DNA from: an uncultured bacterium
Lineage (GTDB): Bacteria; Omnitrophota; Omnitrophia; Omnitrophales; Aquincolibacteriaceae
Length of the DNA stretch: 64,000 nt
Direction of reading: 5' to 3'
NCBI GenBank assembly: GCA_964606385.1
Contig: CAZSFZ010000010.1
Location: 512 to 64,511 of the forward strand
In this document: piece after piece, positions 19,989 to 29,133 of the stretch
How the letters are laid out: every line of letters starts with the position of its first letter
Position numbering within the stretch: position 1 is the first letter of the stretch
Made by a program: the position numbers and the translations under genes
The notes under the pieces: generated by a model
What the model was told of the DNA's origin: nothing
The model's database searches: none
The model's input: only the letters and a program-made list of their open reading frames with translations

Positions 19989-20609
19989 ATGAAAAATCAA
20001 AATCCAAAGATCAAAGCTGTGATCTTCGACCTCGGCAATGTGCTCGTGAATTATGATGTGAAGAAAGCCGCGCGCCGGTTCTCGGAAGCCGGGGGGATCT
20101 CCCAGCTTCGCATCTGGGCCCATTTTTTTCTTTCCAAGTTTGAACAGGCTTACACGCGCGGCGAGATCTCGACCCGGGAATTTTACCGGGAAGCGTGCCG
20201 CATTTTCAAAAAGCCTGTTTCCTACAAAACGTTCAAGCATTACTGGAACGACATCTTCTGGGAAAATCCGGGGATGGAAAAACTGCTGGTCCGGATTAAA
20301 AAGCATTATCCTCTCTACTTGATCTCAAACACGAACGCCCTCCATTACACGCATATCAAAAAAGAATTCAAGCTCCTCCGTCACTTCGCGCGGAAATTCC
20401 CGTCTCATGAGGTGGGGGCCCGTAAGCCGGACCTCAAGATCTACCGTCGGGTTCTGAAAAAGATCGGCCTTCGCCCCGAAGAGACCGTCTTTATCGATGA
20501 TATGAAAAGTTTCATCGAAGGCGCCCGCAAGGCCGGCATGCACGCGATCCGCTTCAAGGGCCGTCCGCGTCTTGTCAAAGATCTTCGTAATCTCGGGATT
20601 CGCTTCTGA
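19989..20609 (+). CDS. HAD-superfamily hydrolase (subfamily IA)
   Basis: AVIFDLGNVL motif I, LISNTN motif II, and K...FIDD motifs III/IV. Confidence 0.8.
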   Translation: MKNQNPKIKAVIFDLGNVLVNYDVKKAARRFSEAGGISQLRIWAHFFLSKFEQAYTRGEISTREFYREACRIFKKPVSYKTFKHYWNDIFWENPGMEKLLVRIKKHYPLYLISNTNALHYTHIKKEFKLLRHFARKFPSHEVGARKPDLKIYRRVLKKIGLRPEETVFIDDMKSFIEGARKAGMHAIRFKGRPRLVKDLRNLGIRF

Positions 20610-20872
20610 TCCTATTCGTATCCTCGTTTGAATCTGTTTGCATTCCACAAAATTGCTGACTGTTCTAGAAATTTTAAGAATCCGAACAAGGATTTGCTCT
20701 ATACAACCTATGAATATCCGGAGTTTGTTCCCACGGTAACAATCAGCTGGGGAGAGCTGGCAGCCCTTTAGCGAGGTCCGTTTGAGCCGATAAATATTGC
20801 GTGGTGGTTTGCGGTCATTCAAACGCTTAGTTTCAAAGCGGTTAGTTAACAAAATTTGGCTGGGTGAATAAG

Positions 20873-21241
20873 ATGCAAAAATGTCCATGGTGCGATTACG
20901 AATTCAGTCTTTTTAACTTTAGTTCACAATTCAGGATTAGTGGAGATCCTGGTCTTGGAACACGGAGGAAGCTTGATGCGCCTCTCAAAATCTTCTCATG
21001 TCCCGCTTGTGGCAAAAGCATCGAGAGAGAAACAGATACTGCAGCAACGAAATTAGCTGCTCGGACCGTAGCACCATTTTTGTTTCCAATCCCGCTCTTT
21101 GCATGGTTTTTTCTTGGTCCCGCCTATCATGTTGCCGAAGTAATTAAATGGCCTATTGTTATAATCCTGTCGTGTATTTGCATATATTTTTTTATGCGGA
21201 TTACGGATTACAAGGGACAGATTTTAAAAAAAGCAGAATAA
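20873..21241 (+). CDS. Small zinc-ribbon protein with C-terminal TM helices
   Basis: CPWC...CPAC plus two hydrophobic segments. Lies in a low-GC islet. Confidence 0.45.
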   Translation: MQKCPWCDYEFSLFNFSSQFRISGDPGLGTRRKLDAPLKIFSCPACGKSIERETDTAATKLAARTVAPFLFPIPLFAWFFLGPAYHVAEVIKWPIVIILSCICIYFFMRITDYKGQILKKAE

Positions 21242-21409
21242 TTCTGTCTTGCGTAAAAACGAATGGTAGCCCCAACATTGTTTGTCTAGACGCTTATATT
21301 GGATTGCCTCCGCGATATGCTCGGACTGGATCTGCTCCGAGCCGGCGAGGTTGCTGATCGTTCGGGCGATTTTGATTGTCTTGTAATCAGCCGCGACGGC
21401 ATATTCCAC
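21224..21409 (-). pseudogene. Remnant of a ComM/YifB-family Mg-chelatase-like ATPase (C-terminal about 35 aa only)
   Basis: IKIARTISNLAGSEQIQSEHIAEAIQYKRLD matches the conserved extreme C-terminus of YifB/ComM. No upstream ATPase domain is present. Confidence 0.55.
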
Positions 21410-21509
21410 GAATCAAAGCCCCTCCGCCTCTAGCGATGCCGCTATATTTAAAATGCTAATTTATCAATATTATATTGCTATAAATTAAATATTTTGTTAT
21501 CATCCAGGC

Positions 21510-22022
21510 ATGGCTATGGAAAAAATCAATATTCAAAAAATAGCCGCGTCTATCTTTTTGATCCGCGGCCAGAAGGTCATGCTGGATGCGGACCTGGCGG
21601 TTCTTTACGGCGTTGAGACTAAATATCTCAAGAGGCAGGTCAACCGGAATCTCGAACGATTTCCGCCGGATTTTATGTGGGCGCTGACCCAGAAAGAGAT
21701 TTCTAACTTGAGGTGCCAAATTGGCACCTCAAGTTGGGGCGGAACAAGGTACCGACCCTATGCTTTTTCGGAACATGGGATCTTGATGCTTTCAAGTGTT
21801 TTAAATAGCCCTAAAGCGATTCAAGTGAATATTTCGATCATGAGAGTATTCGCAAAGATCCGAAAAATTTTTGAGGAGCATAAAGATCTCGCGCTGCGGA
21901 TTGAAAGACTGGAACACTCCGCTGATAAACACGGGAGGCATATCCGCTCCATTTTTGCAATGCTTGAACGTCTCATGGCGATCAAAGAAAAACCCAAGCG
22001 TCAAATAGGGTTCCATCCTTAG
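21510..22022 (+). CDS. ORF6N-domain (KilA-N-like, antirepressor-type) protein
   Basis: IRGQKVMLDADLAVLYGVETKYLKRQVNRNLERFPPDFMW is the signature ORF6N region. Confidence 0.75.
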   Translation: MAMEKINIQKIAASIFLIRGQKVMLDADLAVLYGVETKYLKRQVNRNLERFPPDFMWALTQKEISNLRCQIGTSSWGGTRYRPYAFSEHGILMLSSVLNSPKAIQVNISIMRVFAKIRKIFEEHKDLALRIERLEHSADKHGRHIRSIFAMLERLMAIKEKPKRQIGFHP

Positions 22023-22036
22023 AGAGTATTTTTGTT

Positions 22037-22900
22037 GTGAGCTCTCTTATCAAAACCATATTTTTCCTAGCGGTCCTGGCGGCGCTCGTAACAGGATGCG
22101 GCTATGTTTTGGGCGGGCGGCAGGGGATGATGGCAGCTTTCTCACTCGCCGGTCTGATGAACCTGGGTTTCTACTGGTTTAGCGACAGGATCGTGCTTTC
22201 TATGTGCCGGGCGCAACCGCTTGCCGAAGAAGAAGCGCCTGAGGTTTTTGAGATCGTGAGGACCTTATCAGCAAGGGCGGGTATTCCCATGCCGCGGATC
22301 TATATGCTTCCGTCCGCCTCATCGAACGCTTTCATAACGGGCCGCGATCCCAAACATGCTGTGATCGCCGTGACGCACGGGTTGGTAGGGCTTCTCAATG
22401 AGGAAGAGCTCTCGGGGGTATTTGCTCATGAGATCTCGCACCTATTGAACCGGGACGTCCTTCTTTCTTCGATCGTAGCAGCGCTTGCGGGAGCCCTCAG
22501 CATGGTCGCTTCCATGTACCGCTGGTCATTTTACTGGGGCGGGGAACGCGACGAGCGGGACAATGGCCATCCGCTGGCGCTGCTCGCCGCATCGATCCTC
22601 ATGCCGCTTGTTGCTGTGGTCATTCAGTTGTCGATCTCACGTTCTCGGGAATATGGAGCGGATACGCGGGGGGCGGAACTGTGCGGCGAACCCCTTTATC
22701 TCGCAAGCGCTCTCCGGAAGATCGATGTTAATTCACAGCGGTTTCCGCTGCGTGAGGCCGGGCCTGCCACAGCGCACCTTTTTATTGCCAATCCGCTTTC
22801 CGGAAAGGGATGGTCTTCTCTTTTCAGGACCCACCCTCCGATCGAGGACCGCATAGCTCGCCTTGAAAGCATGAGTCGCATGACGGCGGGCCGAGTTTGA
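22037..22900 (+). CDS. htpX: M48-family zinc metalloprotease HtpX
   Basis: HEISHLLNRD zinc-binding motif, four TM segments, GTG start. Confidence 0.85.
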   Translation: MSSLIKTIFFLAVLAALVTGCGYVLGGRQGMMAAFSLAGLMNLGFYWFSDRIVLSMCRAQPLAEEEAPEVFEIVRTLSARAGIPMPRIYMLPSASSNAFITGRDPKHAVIAVTHGLVGLLNEEELSGVFAHEISHLLNRDVLLSSIVAALAGALSMVASMYRWSFYWGGERDERDNGHPLALLAASILMPLVAVVIQLSISRSREYGADTRGAELCGEPLYLASALRKIDVNSQRFPLREAGPATAHLFIANPLSGKGWSSLFRTHPPIEDRIARLESMSRMTAGRV

Positions 22901-22976
22901 ATTCATTGACGATGCAGGGGGGGAGGGGTTAAAATACCGCCTCTCAAGCAACCAACACCTAAAGGAGAATCACAAA

Positions 22977-23288
22977 ATGGCTTATGTTATTACTGAGAAG
23001 TGTCACGGCGAGCGTTATGGTCTTTGCGCGGGGGTTTGCCCGGTCGAGGCGATTTATCCCGGATCTTACCAGGGGAAGGATTTCATGGTGATTGATCCGG
23101 CGGTCTGCATTTCCTGCGGCGCCTGCGCGGCGGAATGCCCGGTGGGTTCGATCGTGGAATCCGAGGATATGGACCCGACCTATGCCAAGATCAACGCGGA
23201 CCTCGCGCCCCAGTTCAAGTCGAATCCCAAAGCGACGCCGCGTTCGAAGGACGAAGCCCCCAAAAAACCGGGGAACACGCTGAAATAA
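22977..23288 (+). CDS. 7Fe (3Fe-4S/4Fe-4S) ferredoxin, FdxA-like
   Basis: MAYVITEKCHGERYGLCAGVCPVEAI...CISCGACAAECPV. AAAGGAGA RBS. Confidence 0.9.
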   Translation: MAYVITEKCHGERYGLCAGVCPVEAIYPGSYQGKDFMVIDPAVCISCGACAAECPVGSIVESEDMDPTYAKINADLAPQFKSNPKATPRSKDEAPKKPGNTLK

Positions 23289-23376
23289 GTAAAAAACAAC
23301 AGCTCCATTTGCCCCCGTCACGGTGTCCCACAACGTGGCGGGGGCAATCTTGTCTTTGACCGATAAGGAATCCGAG

Positions 23377-23964
23377 ATGTCATCCGCTTCCGGTTGTAAG
23401 GATCCCGCCTTTGTGGAACAAGCTCTGAAGCAGTATGTTTCGGACCTTGCCCTCGAAAATACCGCCGTCAGGGTCGTCACACGGGGACTCTCGCTTGTGG
23501 GGGTCGGGATCCGTCCTCTCCTGGACCACATAATTTTCCGGACCGTTCATTTAAAAGAACGCGCGGTGGAATTTCTTGAAATGGGTTACGAAAGGGACCT
23601 CAGCGCCAAAGTCCTGGAGCACAAAGGGCACGGGGCGGAGGTGCTGCGCAAGGGATCCTGTCCCACGATCCTTGTCGAACACCCTCACGAAAAATCCGGG
23701 CTGGATTGGGTTGCGCACTTTGGCGATAAAAAACCTTACGCGCTGGCGCTTCGTGTGGATGATATCGAAGAGGCTATTTTCCGGTTGGAAATGCAGGCGG
23801 TAGGTTTTATGCGGCCTCCGGCGGGAAAACACGGGGAGACCCTCCGCGAGATCGCGACGCTTCCCGAAAAAAAAGAAGGCAAGAACGCGAGCCATCTCAT
23901 TCTTGTGGAGCGCCATTCCGGCGACGAACGTTTTTATGCTTCGGATTTTTGGGTCCGCTCTTAA
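23377..23964 (+). CDS. Hypothetical protein, possible VOC/glyoxalase-like fold (DUF1338-like?)
   Basis: AAGGAA RBS before ATG 23377. Weak VOC-like pattern only. Confidence 0.4.
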   Translation: MSSASGCKDPAFVEQALKQYVSDLALENTAVRVVTRGLSLVGVGIRPLLDHIIFRTVHLKERAVEFLEMGYERDLSAKVLEHKGHGAEVLRKGSCPTILVEHPHEKSGLDWVAHFGDKKPYALALRVDDIEEAIFRLEMQAVGFMRPPAGKHGETLREIATLPEKKEGKNASHLILVERHSGDERFYASDFWVRS

Positions 23965-23973
23965 AGGAATTCT

Positions 23974-24975
23974 ATGATCATCGGTCTGACGGGGAAAAAC
24001 GGGTCGGGAAAAGGGGAAGCCGCGACGTTTCTGAAAGACCGCGGGTTCCATTACTACTCACTTTCCGATGCGCTCCGCGAGGAAGCCAAGAAACGCGGTC
24101 AGGAGATCACCCGGGATGTCCTCGTCGTGCTTGGCAACGAATTGCGCGAAAAAGAAGGCCCCGGCTGTCTCGCGGAACGCATTTTCGCGAAGCTTGATCC
24201 GGAAAAAAATTATGTGATCGATTCCATTCGCCATCCTTCCGAGGTCCAGGTCTTCCGCCGCCGCAATGATTTTACGCTGATCCGCGTCCACGCCCCTGAA
24301 AGACTCCGTTTTGAACGCTTGAAACAGCGCGGCCGTGAAAATGATCCTAGGGTGTGGGAGGACTTTCAGGCGCTTGAAGCCAAAGAAGCCAAAAGCGCGA
24401 GCAAGACCGACCAGCAGCTGGACCAGACGATCGCCTCGGCGGACCTTCAGATCGACAATAACGGGCCGCTCAAAGAGATGCATGAAAAGGTCAAAACGGT
24501 CCTTTTGGAACTCGCGCAAAAAGCGCCGCGCCCCGGCTGGGATGAATATTTCATGAATATCGCCAAGGTCGTGGCCATGCGCGCCAACTGCATGAAACGG
24601 AAGATCGCCGCCGTGATCGTGAAGGACAAGCGGATCATCTCGACCGGTTATAACGGCACGCCGCGCGGGATCAAGAATTGCAGCGACGGCGGCTGCCCCC
24701 GCTGCAACGCGGTCGACGCGTCCGGAAAAGACCTGGGCGAATGCCTTTGTTCGCACGGGGAAGAGAACGCGATCGTGCAGGCGGCCTATCACGGCGTCAG
24801 CGTGAAGGGCGCCACGATCTACACGACTTTTTCTCCCTGCCTGATGTGCACCAAGATGATCATTAATTCCGGGATCGCCGAAGTGGTTTATCAGGGAAAT
24901 TATCCGTTCCTCGAGACCTCCCTCAAACTGCTGGAGCAAGCCGGCGTCACGGTCCGCAAGATCGCTTCTTCCTGA
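23974..24975 (+). CDS. Fusion protein: N-terminal P-loop nucleotide-kinase-like domain plus C-terminal dCMP/cytidine deaminase domain
   Basis: N-terminus IIGLTGKNGSGKGE (Walker A, CoaE/dNMP-kinase-like). C-terminus HGEENAI...SPCLMC zinc-binding deaminase motifs (ComEB/dCMP-deaminase-like). Confidence 0.75.
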   Translation: MIIGLTGKNGSGKGEAATFLKDRGFHYYSLSDALREEAKKRGQEITRDVLVVLGNELREKEGPGCLAERIFAKLDPEKNYVIDSIRHPSEVQVFRRRNDFTLIRVHAPERLRFERLKQRGRENDPRVWEDFQALEAKEAKSASKTDQQLDQTIASADLQIDNNGPLKEMHEKVKTVLLELAQKAPRPGWDEYFMNIAKVVAMRANCMKRKIAAVIVKDKRIISTGYNGTPRGIKNCSDGGCPRCNAVDASGKDLGECLCSHGEENAIVQAAYHGVSVKGATIYTTFSPCLMCTKMIINSGIAEVVYQGNYPFLETSLKLLEQAGVTVRKIASS

Positions 24976-24987
24976 ACCGGAGGTCCT

Positions 24988-26145
24988 ATGGCTGAAGAAG
25001 GAAAGACCTTCCGCGCAAGTTTCGGGCTCAAGGGGATCGTTCAGCATCAGCTCGACCAAAGTTATCACAGCCCTCTCATCGAAAAATTGCGTGCCGCGGG
25101 CTACGCGCTTAAGACCGGGCGCCTTGAGATCCATCTCGCCAGGGAATTCGGCTTCTGTTATGGGGTCGAGCGCGCTGTCGAATACGCCTATGAGACCCGC
25201 GCGCGCTTTCCCGATCGCCGCATTTTCCTCACCAACGAGATCATCCATAACCCGCGTGTGAATGCCGAGCTCCAGGGGATGGGCGTGAAGATCCTTGCCG
25301 ATGACGTTTCCCGCGCCGAGATCACCGAAAACGATGTTGTGATCATGCCGGCCTTCGGGGTGCCGGTGGAGGCGTTGCGCGAATTTCAGAAAAAAGGCTG
25401 CGTGATCGTGGATACGACCTGCGGGTCCGTGATGAGTGTGTGGCGCCGCGTGGAAGACTACAACAAGGACGGTTTTACTTCGGTGATCCACGGGCACTAC
25501 GCGCATGAGGAAACGCGCGCGACCTGTTCGCGGGCTTCCCAATACCTGGTGGTCCGGGATAAAGAGCAGGCGGAACATGTTTGCCGGTACATTCAAGGCA
25601 AGATGAAGCGGCAGGCTTTTCTTGAGGAATTCAAAGATGCCTGTTCGAAGGGTTTTGATCCGGACCGGGACCTCGGCAAGATCGGTTTTGCCAACCAGAC
25701 AACAATGCTCTCGCGCGAATCGACCGAGATCTCGGAAATGCTGCGCGGTGCCCTCCAATCCCGGTACGGTGCCGGCACGATCCCGGACCGTTTCCGCCAT
25801 TTCGACACGATTTGCTCGGCGACCCAGGACCGGCAGGACGCGATCCGTGTGCTCGGCGAAAAAAAACCGGATGTGATCCTCGTGATCGGAGGGTATAAAT
25901 CGAGCAATACGGGACACCTGGCCGAGATCGCCTCCAAATTCTGTCCCACCTACCATGTGGAAGACGCGACCTCGATCCTTTCGCGCGAAAAGATCCGTCA
26001 CAAAAAGATCGGGTCCCAGGAAGTGCTTGAGACAGCAGACTGGCTTCCGGGCGGGGAGATCCGGGTCGGCGTGACCGCGGGGGCATCCACCCCGAACCGG
26101 CTGGTTGAAGAAGTGATCCAGCGCCTCATTGATATCTCCGCTTAA
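24988..26145 (+). CDS. ispH: 4-hydroxy-3-methylbut-2-enyl diphosphate reductase IspH/LytB
   Basis: GFCYGVERAV and conserved Cys/His pattern. GGAGG RBS. Confidence 0.9.
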   Translation: MAEEGKTFRASFGLKGIVQHQLDQSYHSPLIEKLRAAGYALKTGRLEIHLAREFGFCYGVERAVEYAYETRARFPDRRIFLTNEIIHNPRVNAELQGMGVKILADDVSRAEITENDVVIMPAFGVPVEALREFQKKGCVIVDTTCGSVMSVWRRVEDYNKDGFTSVIHGHYAHEETRATCSRASQYLVVRDKEQAEHVCRYIQGKMKRQAFLEEFKDACSKGFDPDRDLGKIGFANQTTMLSRESTEISEMLRGALQSRYGAGTIPDRFRHFDTICSATQDRQDAIRVLGEKKPDVILVIGGYKSSNTGHLAEIASKFCPTYHVEDATSILSREKIRHKKIGSQEVLETADWLPGGEIRVGVTAGASTPNRLVEEVIQRLIDISA

Positions 26146-26152
26146 GATAGAA

Positions 26153-26698
26153 ATGAACTTTAAAGATCTGATCCAAAAGCGGCGGAGCGTCAGGAAATAT
26201 TCCGGTCGCCCCATCCCCAAAGACGACATCTTGAAATGCCTTGAGGCGGCGCGGCTTGCGCCGTCGGCGTGTAATTCCCAGCCGTGGCATTTCATTGTGA
26301 TCGATGATCCCGCCTTGAAGGACCGGGTGGCCGGCCGGATCTTCTCTGGGGTTTACTCCATGAATCAATTCGCCAAAGAGGCGCCGGTACTGATCGCCGT
26401 GGTGACGGAAAGATCGAAGTTTCTGGCTTCGTTCGGCGGGCAGGTCCGGGACACGAGCTACTGCCTGATCGATATCGGGATCGCCTGCGAACATTTAATC
26501 CTGCAGGCCGAAGAACTCGGGATCGGGAGCTGCTGGATCGGCTGGTTCGATGAGAAAGCCTTGAAAGAAGAATTGGGGATCGCCAAAAATAAAAAGATCG
26601 ATATTGTGATCCCATTGGGATATTCTGCGGAGGATAAGATTCTCCCCAAGACGAGGAAAACATTGGCCGAGGTCAGTTCTTTTAACAGGTATGAATAG
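26153..26698 (+). CDS. Nitroreductase-family protein
   Basis: RRSVRKY...APSACNSQPW motif. Confidence 0.8.
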   Translation: MNFKDLIQKRRSVRKYSGRPIPKDDILKCLEAARLAPSACNSQPWHFIVIDDPALKDRVAGRIFSGVYSMNQFAKEAPVLIAVVTERSKFLASFGGQVRDTSYCLIDIGIACEHLILQAEELGIGSCWIGWFDEKALKEELGIAKNKKIDIVIPLGYSAEDKILPKTRKTLAEVSSFNRYE

Positions 26699-26731
26699 CC
26701 GCGCGAAGAGCGCGTCATAAAGGAGAAGATC

Positions 26732-27019
26732 ATGAAAGAAAAAATCATCCACGGATTTTTGGTGCTGTCCCTCGCTTTTTTCGCGGGGATCCCGGGACTT
26801 TGTGCCGAGGGAGATGATTCCATCATCAGCGAAGAGGGACAAGCCAGCACTGCTAGCGCGGCAGGGGAGTTTGAAGAGGTATTTACCGGGGATGACACGG
26901 GAGCTTCGGATCCTTCCGAGTTCGAGGGCGATTCGGAGAATATGCCCGGAGAAAGAGCTCCTGAAAATATGCCGATGGATGATGCGCCCGTCGATGCGGG
27001 AATGGGCGTCGCGATCTGA
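26732..27019 (+). CDS. Small secreted acidic protein
   Basis: Signal peptide followed by a D/E-rich low-complexity region. Confidence 0.45.
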   Translation: MKEKIIHGFLVLSLAFFAGIPGLCAEGDDSIISEEGQASTASAAGEFEEVFTGDDTGASDPSEFEGDSENMPGERAPENMPMDDAPVDAGMGVAI

Positions 27020-27022
27020 ACT

Positions 27023-27595
27023 TTAGGCCCTGCCGGAGACTTCTCCGGTTTCGGTATTGACGCGGACCACGGTTCCGATCTCGGCGTAAAGAGGCGCCTG
27101 GACTTCCAGGCCCGTTTCCAGCTTGGCTTTCTTGAGCGAACGGCCTGAGGCGGAAATGCCTTTGACGACGGGGTCCGTTTCGGTGATGGCCAGTTCGACA
27201 TAAACGGGAAGTTCAAGCGAGACCACCGCACCGTTCAGTTTTAAGGCGATCACTTCCTGGTTCTCTTTCAGATAAAGCTTCTGCTCCCCGAGTTTTTCCG
27301 CCGTGAGCATGAACTCTTCATAGCTCGCGTTATCCATGAAGTAATAATCAGTTCCCGAGATGTACTGGAACACCGCGGGCACTTTCTCAACGTCCGGCAC
27401 ATCGAACTTTTCGCTGGTTTTGAACGTCTTATCGAGGACGGCGCCGTTCAGGAGATTGCGTACCCTGGCCTTGACCATGGTGGAGGCACCTCGCGCGGAC
27501 GGTGTCGCGAATTTGACATCCAGCACGAAATAAGGCTGTCCGTCCACGTTGATATAAAGTTTCTTTTCCAGTTCGCTGGCCGAGATCTCAGACAT
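27023..27595 (-). CDS. efp: Elongation factor P
   Basis: About 188 aa with three OB-fold pattern and KPGKGxA-like loop (KFATPSARGAST). Confidence 0.85.
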   Translation of the reverse strand: MSEISASELEKKLYINVDGQPYFVLDVKFATPSARGASTMVKARVRNLLNGAVLDKTFKTSEKFDVPDVEKVPAVFQYISGTDYYFMDNASYEEFMLTAEKLGEQKLYLKENQEVIALKLNGAVVSLELPVYVELAITETDPVVKGISASGRSLKKAKLETGLEVQAPLYAEIGTVVRVNTETGEVSGRA

Positions 27596-27975
27596 AACAG
27601 TTCCTTTTTAAATGACCGCGCAATCTTGCGGCAGGCAAGTTGCAGGGGGAATTTAATCCGCCAACGTTTTATGGCGGACGAATAAAAACGTTCTTTAAAG
27701 AGGCGCCATTCTATACGATGCGGGAGGGATGGGAAAGCTCTCTTCTGTGATCGAAGGGACTAGCCCCTGCCTGTCCGGCAGGCAGGCAATTAATCGTTTT
27801 ATTTTTAAGTGGAGCATTGGACACACTCCGCGAAATCGGCGATAATGCCTCCACGTTACTACTTCCACCGCATTTTTGAGGAACTCAGGTCATGCCCAAT
27901 CTTTCATCAAAAAATGAAAGGGTTGATTGGACTAGCCCTGACAACCTTTATTTAAAAGAAAAGAGATGTCAGGAC

Positions 27976-28380
27976 ATGTTTAAAGTCGCTAAAACGATCT
28001 ATTTTAATTACGGGCATCGCCTCCTGGGAGGCTCTCATAACAAGTGTTCTCATCTTCATGGCCACAGCGCGCGCGTGGAGATCGAAATGGCGACCCCTAA
28101 GCTTAATCGACAGGGGATGGTCGTGGATTTTTTTGATATCAAGCGGACGATCGGGGAATGGATCGACCGGAGCCTCGACCACAAGATGATCCTCTGGAAC
28201 AAAGACCCTCTCGCGAAACTTCTCAAAAAAGCTGGGGAGCCCGTGGTGCTTGTGAAAGAAAACCCGACCGCGGAAATGCTCGCCCGGAAGATCTTTGAGG
28301 AAGCCCGCCGGATGAAACTGCCGGTCTCCAAAGTCACGCTTTGGGAGAACCAGGACAGCTTCGCGGTTTATCAGACATAA
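27976..28380 (+). CDS. queD: 6-carboxy-5,6,7,8-tetrahydropterin synthase QueD (PTPS family)
   Basis: CSHLHGHS motif. About 134 aa from ATG 27976. The ORF-track N-terminal extension is rejected. Confidence 0.8.
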   Translation: MFKVAKTIYFNYGHRLLGGSHNKCSHLHGHSARVEIEMATPKLNRQGMVVDFFDIKRTIGEWIDRSLDHKMILWNKDPLAKLLKKAGEPVVLVKENPTAEMLARKIFEEARRMKLPVSKVTLWENQDSFAVYQT

Positions 28381-28385
28381 ATAGA

Positions 28386-29129
28386 ATGAAAAGAATCTTT
28401 CTTACCGCTATGTTGTGCTTGAGCGCATGGATCTTCATTCCTTTCCAAGGTTTTGCCGGTGACTCCCAGGAAGAGATTTTAGAGACGGGGATCAAATATT
28501 CCGAGCAAAGGGAATACGGCAAGGCCATCCAGGAGCTTGATAAGGTCCTCAAAGAAGACCCCCGTAATGCCCGCGCTTATCTTGCCAGGGGCGGCGCCTA
28601 TGCGGAACTCGGCGATGCGGACAAAGCCATTCTCGATCTTGATAAAGCCATCGAGATCTTTCCTGTGAATCCGGAAGCCTACAACAACCGCGCTCTTGCC
28701 TATAATAAAAAGGGCGACTTTGACCGGGCGATCGGTGATTGCACCAAAGCATTGAGTTTTAATCCCTCGTCCGCGAAGGCCCACCATACCCGGGGGAATG
28801 CCTATGCCTTTAAGGGGAATCTGAATTACGCGATCATCGATTTTGATAAAGCCATCGAGTTCGATTCCTCCTACGCCAGGGCTTATTTTGACCGCGCTCT
28901 TGCGTATTATCTTCAAAGAAACCTGGACCGGGCGATCTCCGATTACAGCACGGCCATCGAAAATGATCCTCTGTATGTCGAAGCTTATAACAATCGCGCC
29001 GCGGCTTATTTGGATAAAAAAGAATATGACCGGAGCTGGGCCGATATCCATCAGGTCGAATCGCTGGGGGGCAAGGTCCAGCCGGATCTGCTCGGAGATC
29101 TGAAAAAAGCCTCCGGAAGAGATAAATAA
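28386..29129 (+). CDS. Secreted TPR-repeat protein
   Basis: Signal peptide plus about 6 TPR repeats (AYxxRGxAY pattern). Confidence 0.75.
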   Translation: MKRIFLTAMLCLSAWIFIPFQGFAGDSQEEILETGIKYSEQREYGKAIQELDKVLKEDPRNARAYLARGGAYAELGDADKAILDLDKAIEIFPVNPEAYNNRALAYNKKGDFDRAIGDCTKALSFNPSSAKAHHTRGNAYAFKGNLNYAIIDFDKAIEFDSSYARAYFDRALAYYLQRNLDRAISDYSTAIENDPLYVEAYNNRAAAYLDKKEYDRSWADIHQVESLGGKVQPDLLGDLKKASGRDK

Positions 29130-29133
29130 AGTT

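Noticed and set aside
24058-26295. 745-aa minus-strand ORF spanning the dCMP-deaminase fusion and ispH
   Set aside because: It is antisense to two genes with unambiguous conserved motifs (deaminase HxE/PCxxC; IspH). Its product is low-complexity and Arg/Gly/Asp-rich, typical of high-GC antisense frames.
27596-27975. Possible preQ1 riboswitch upstream of queD
   Set aside because: I could not find the preQ1-I loop or A-rich tail, or a preQ1-II-like pseudoknot pattern, by eye. Only palindromes were seen. Left as a structured leader needing an Rfam scan.
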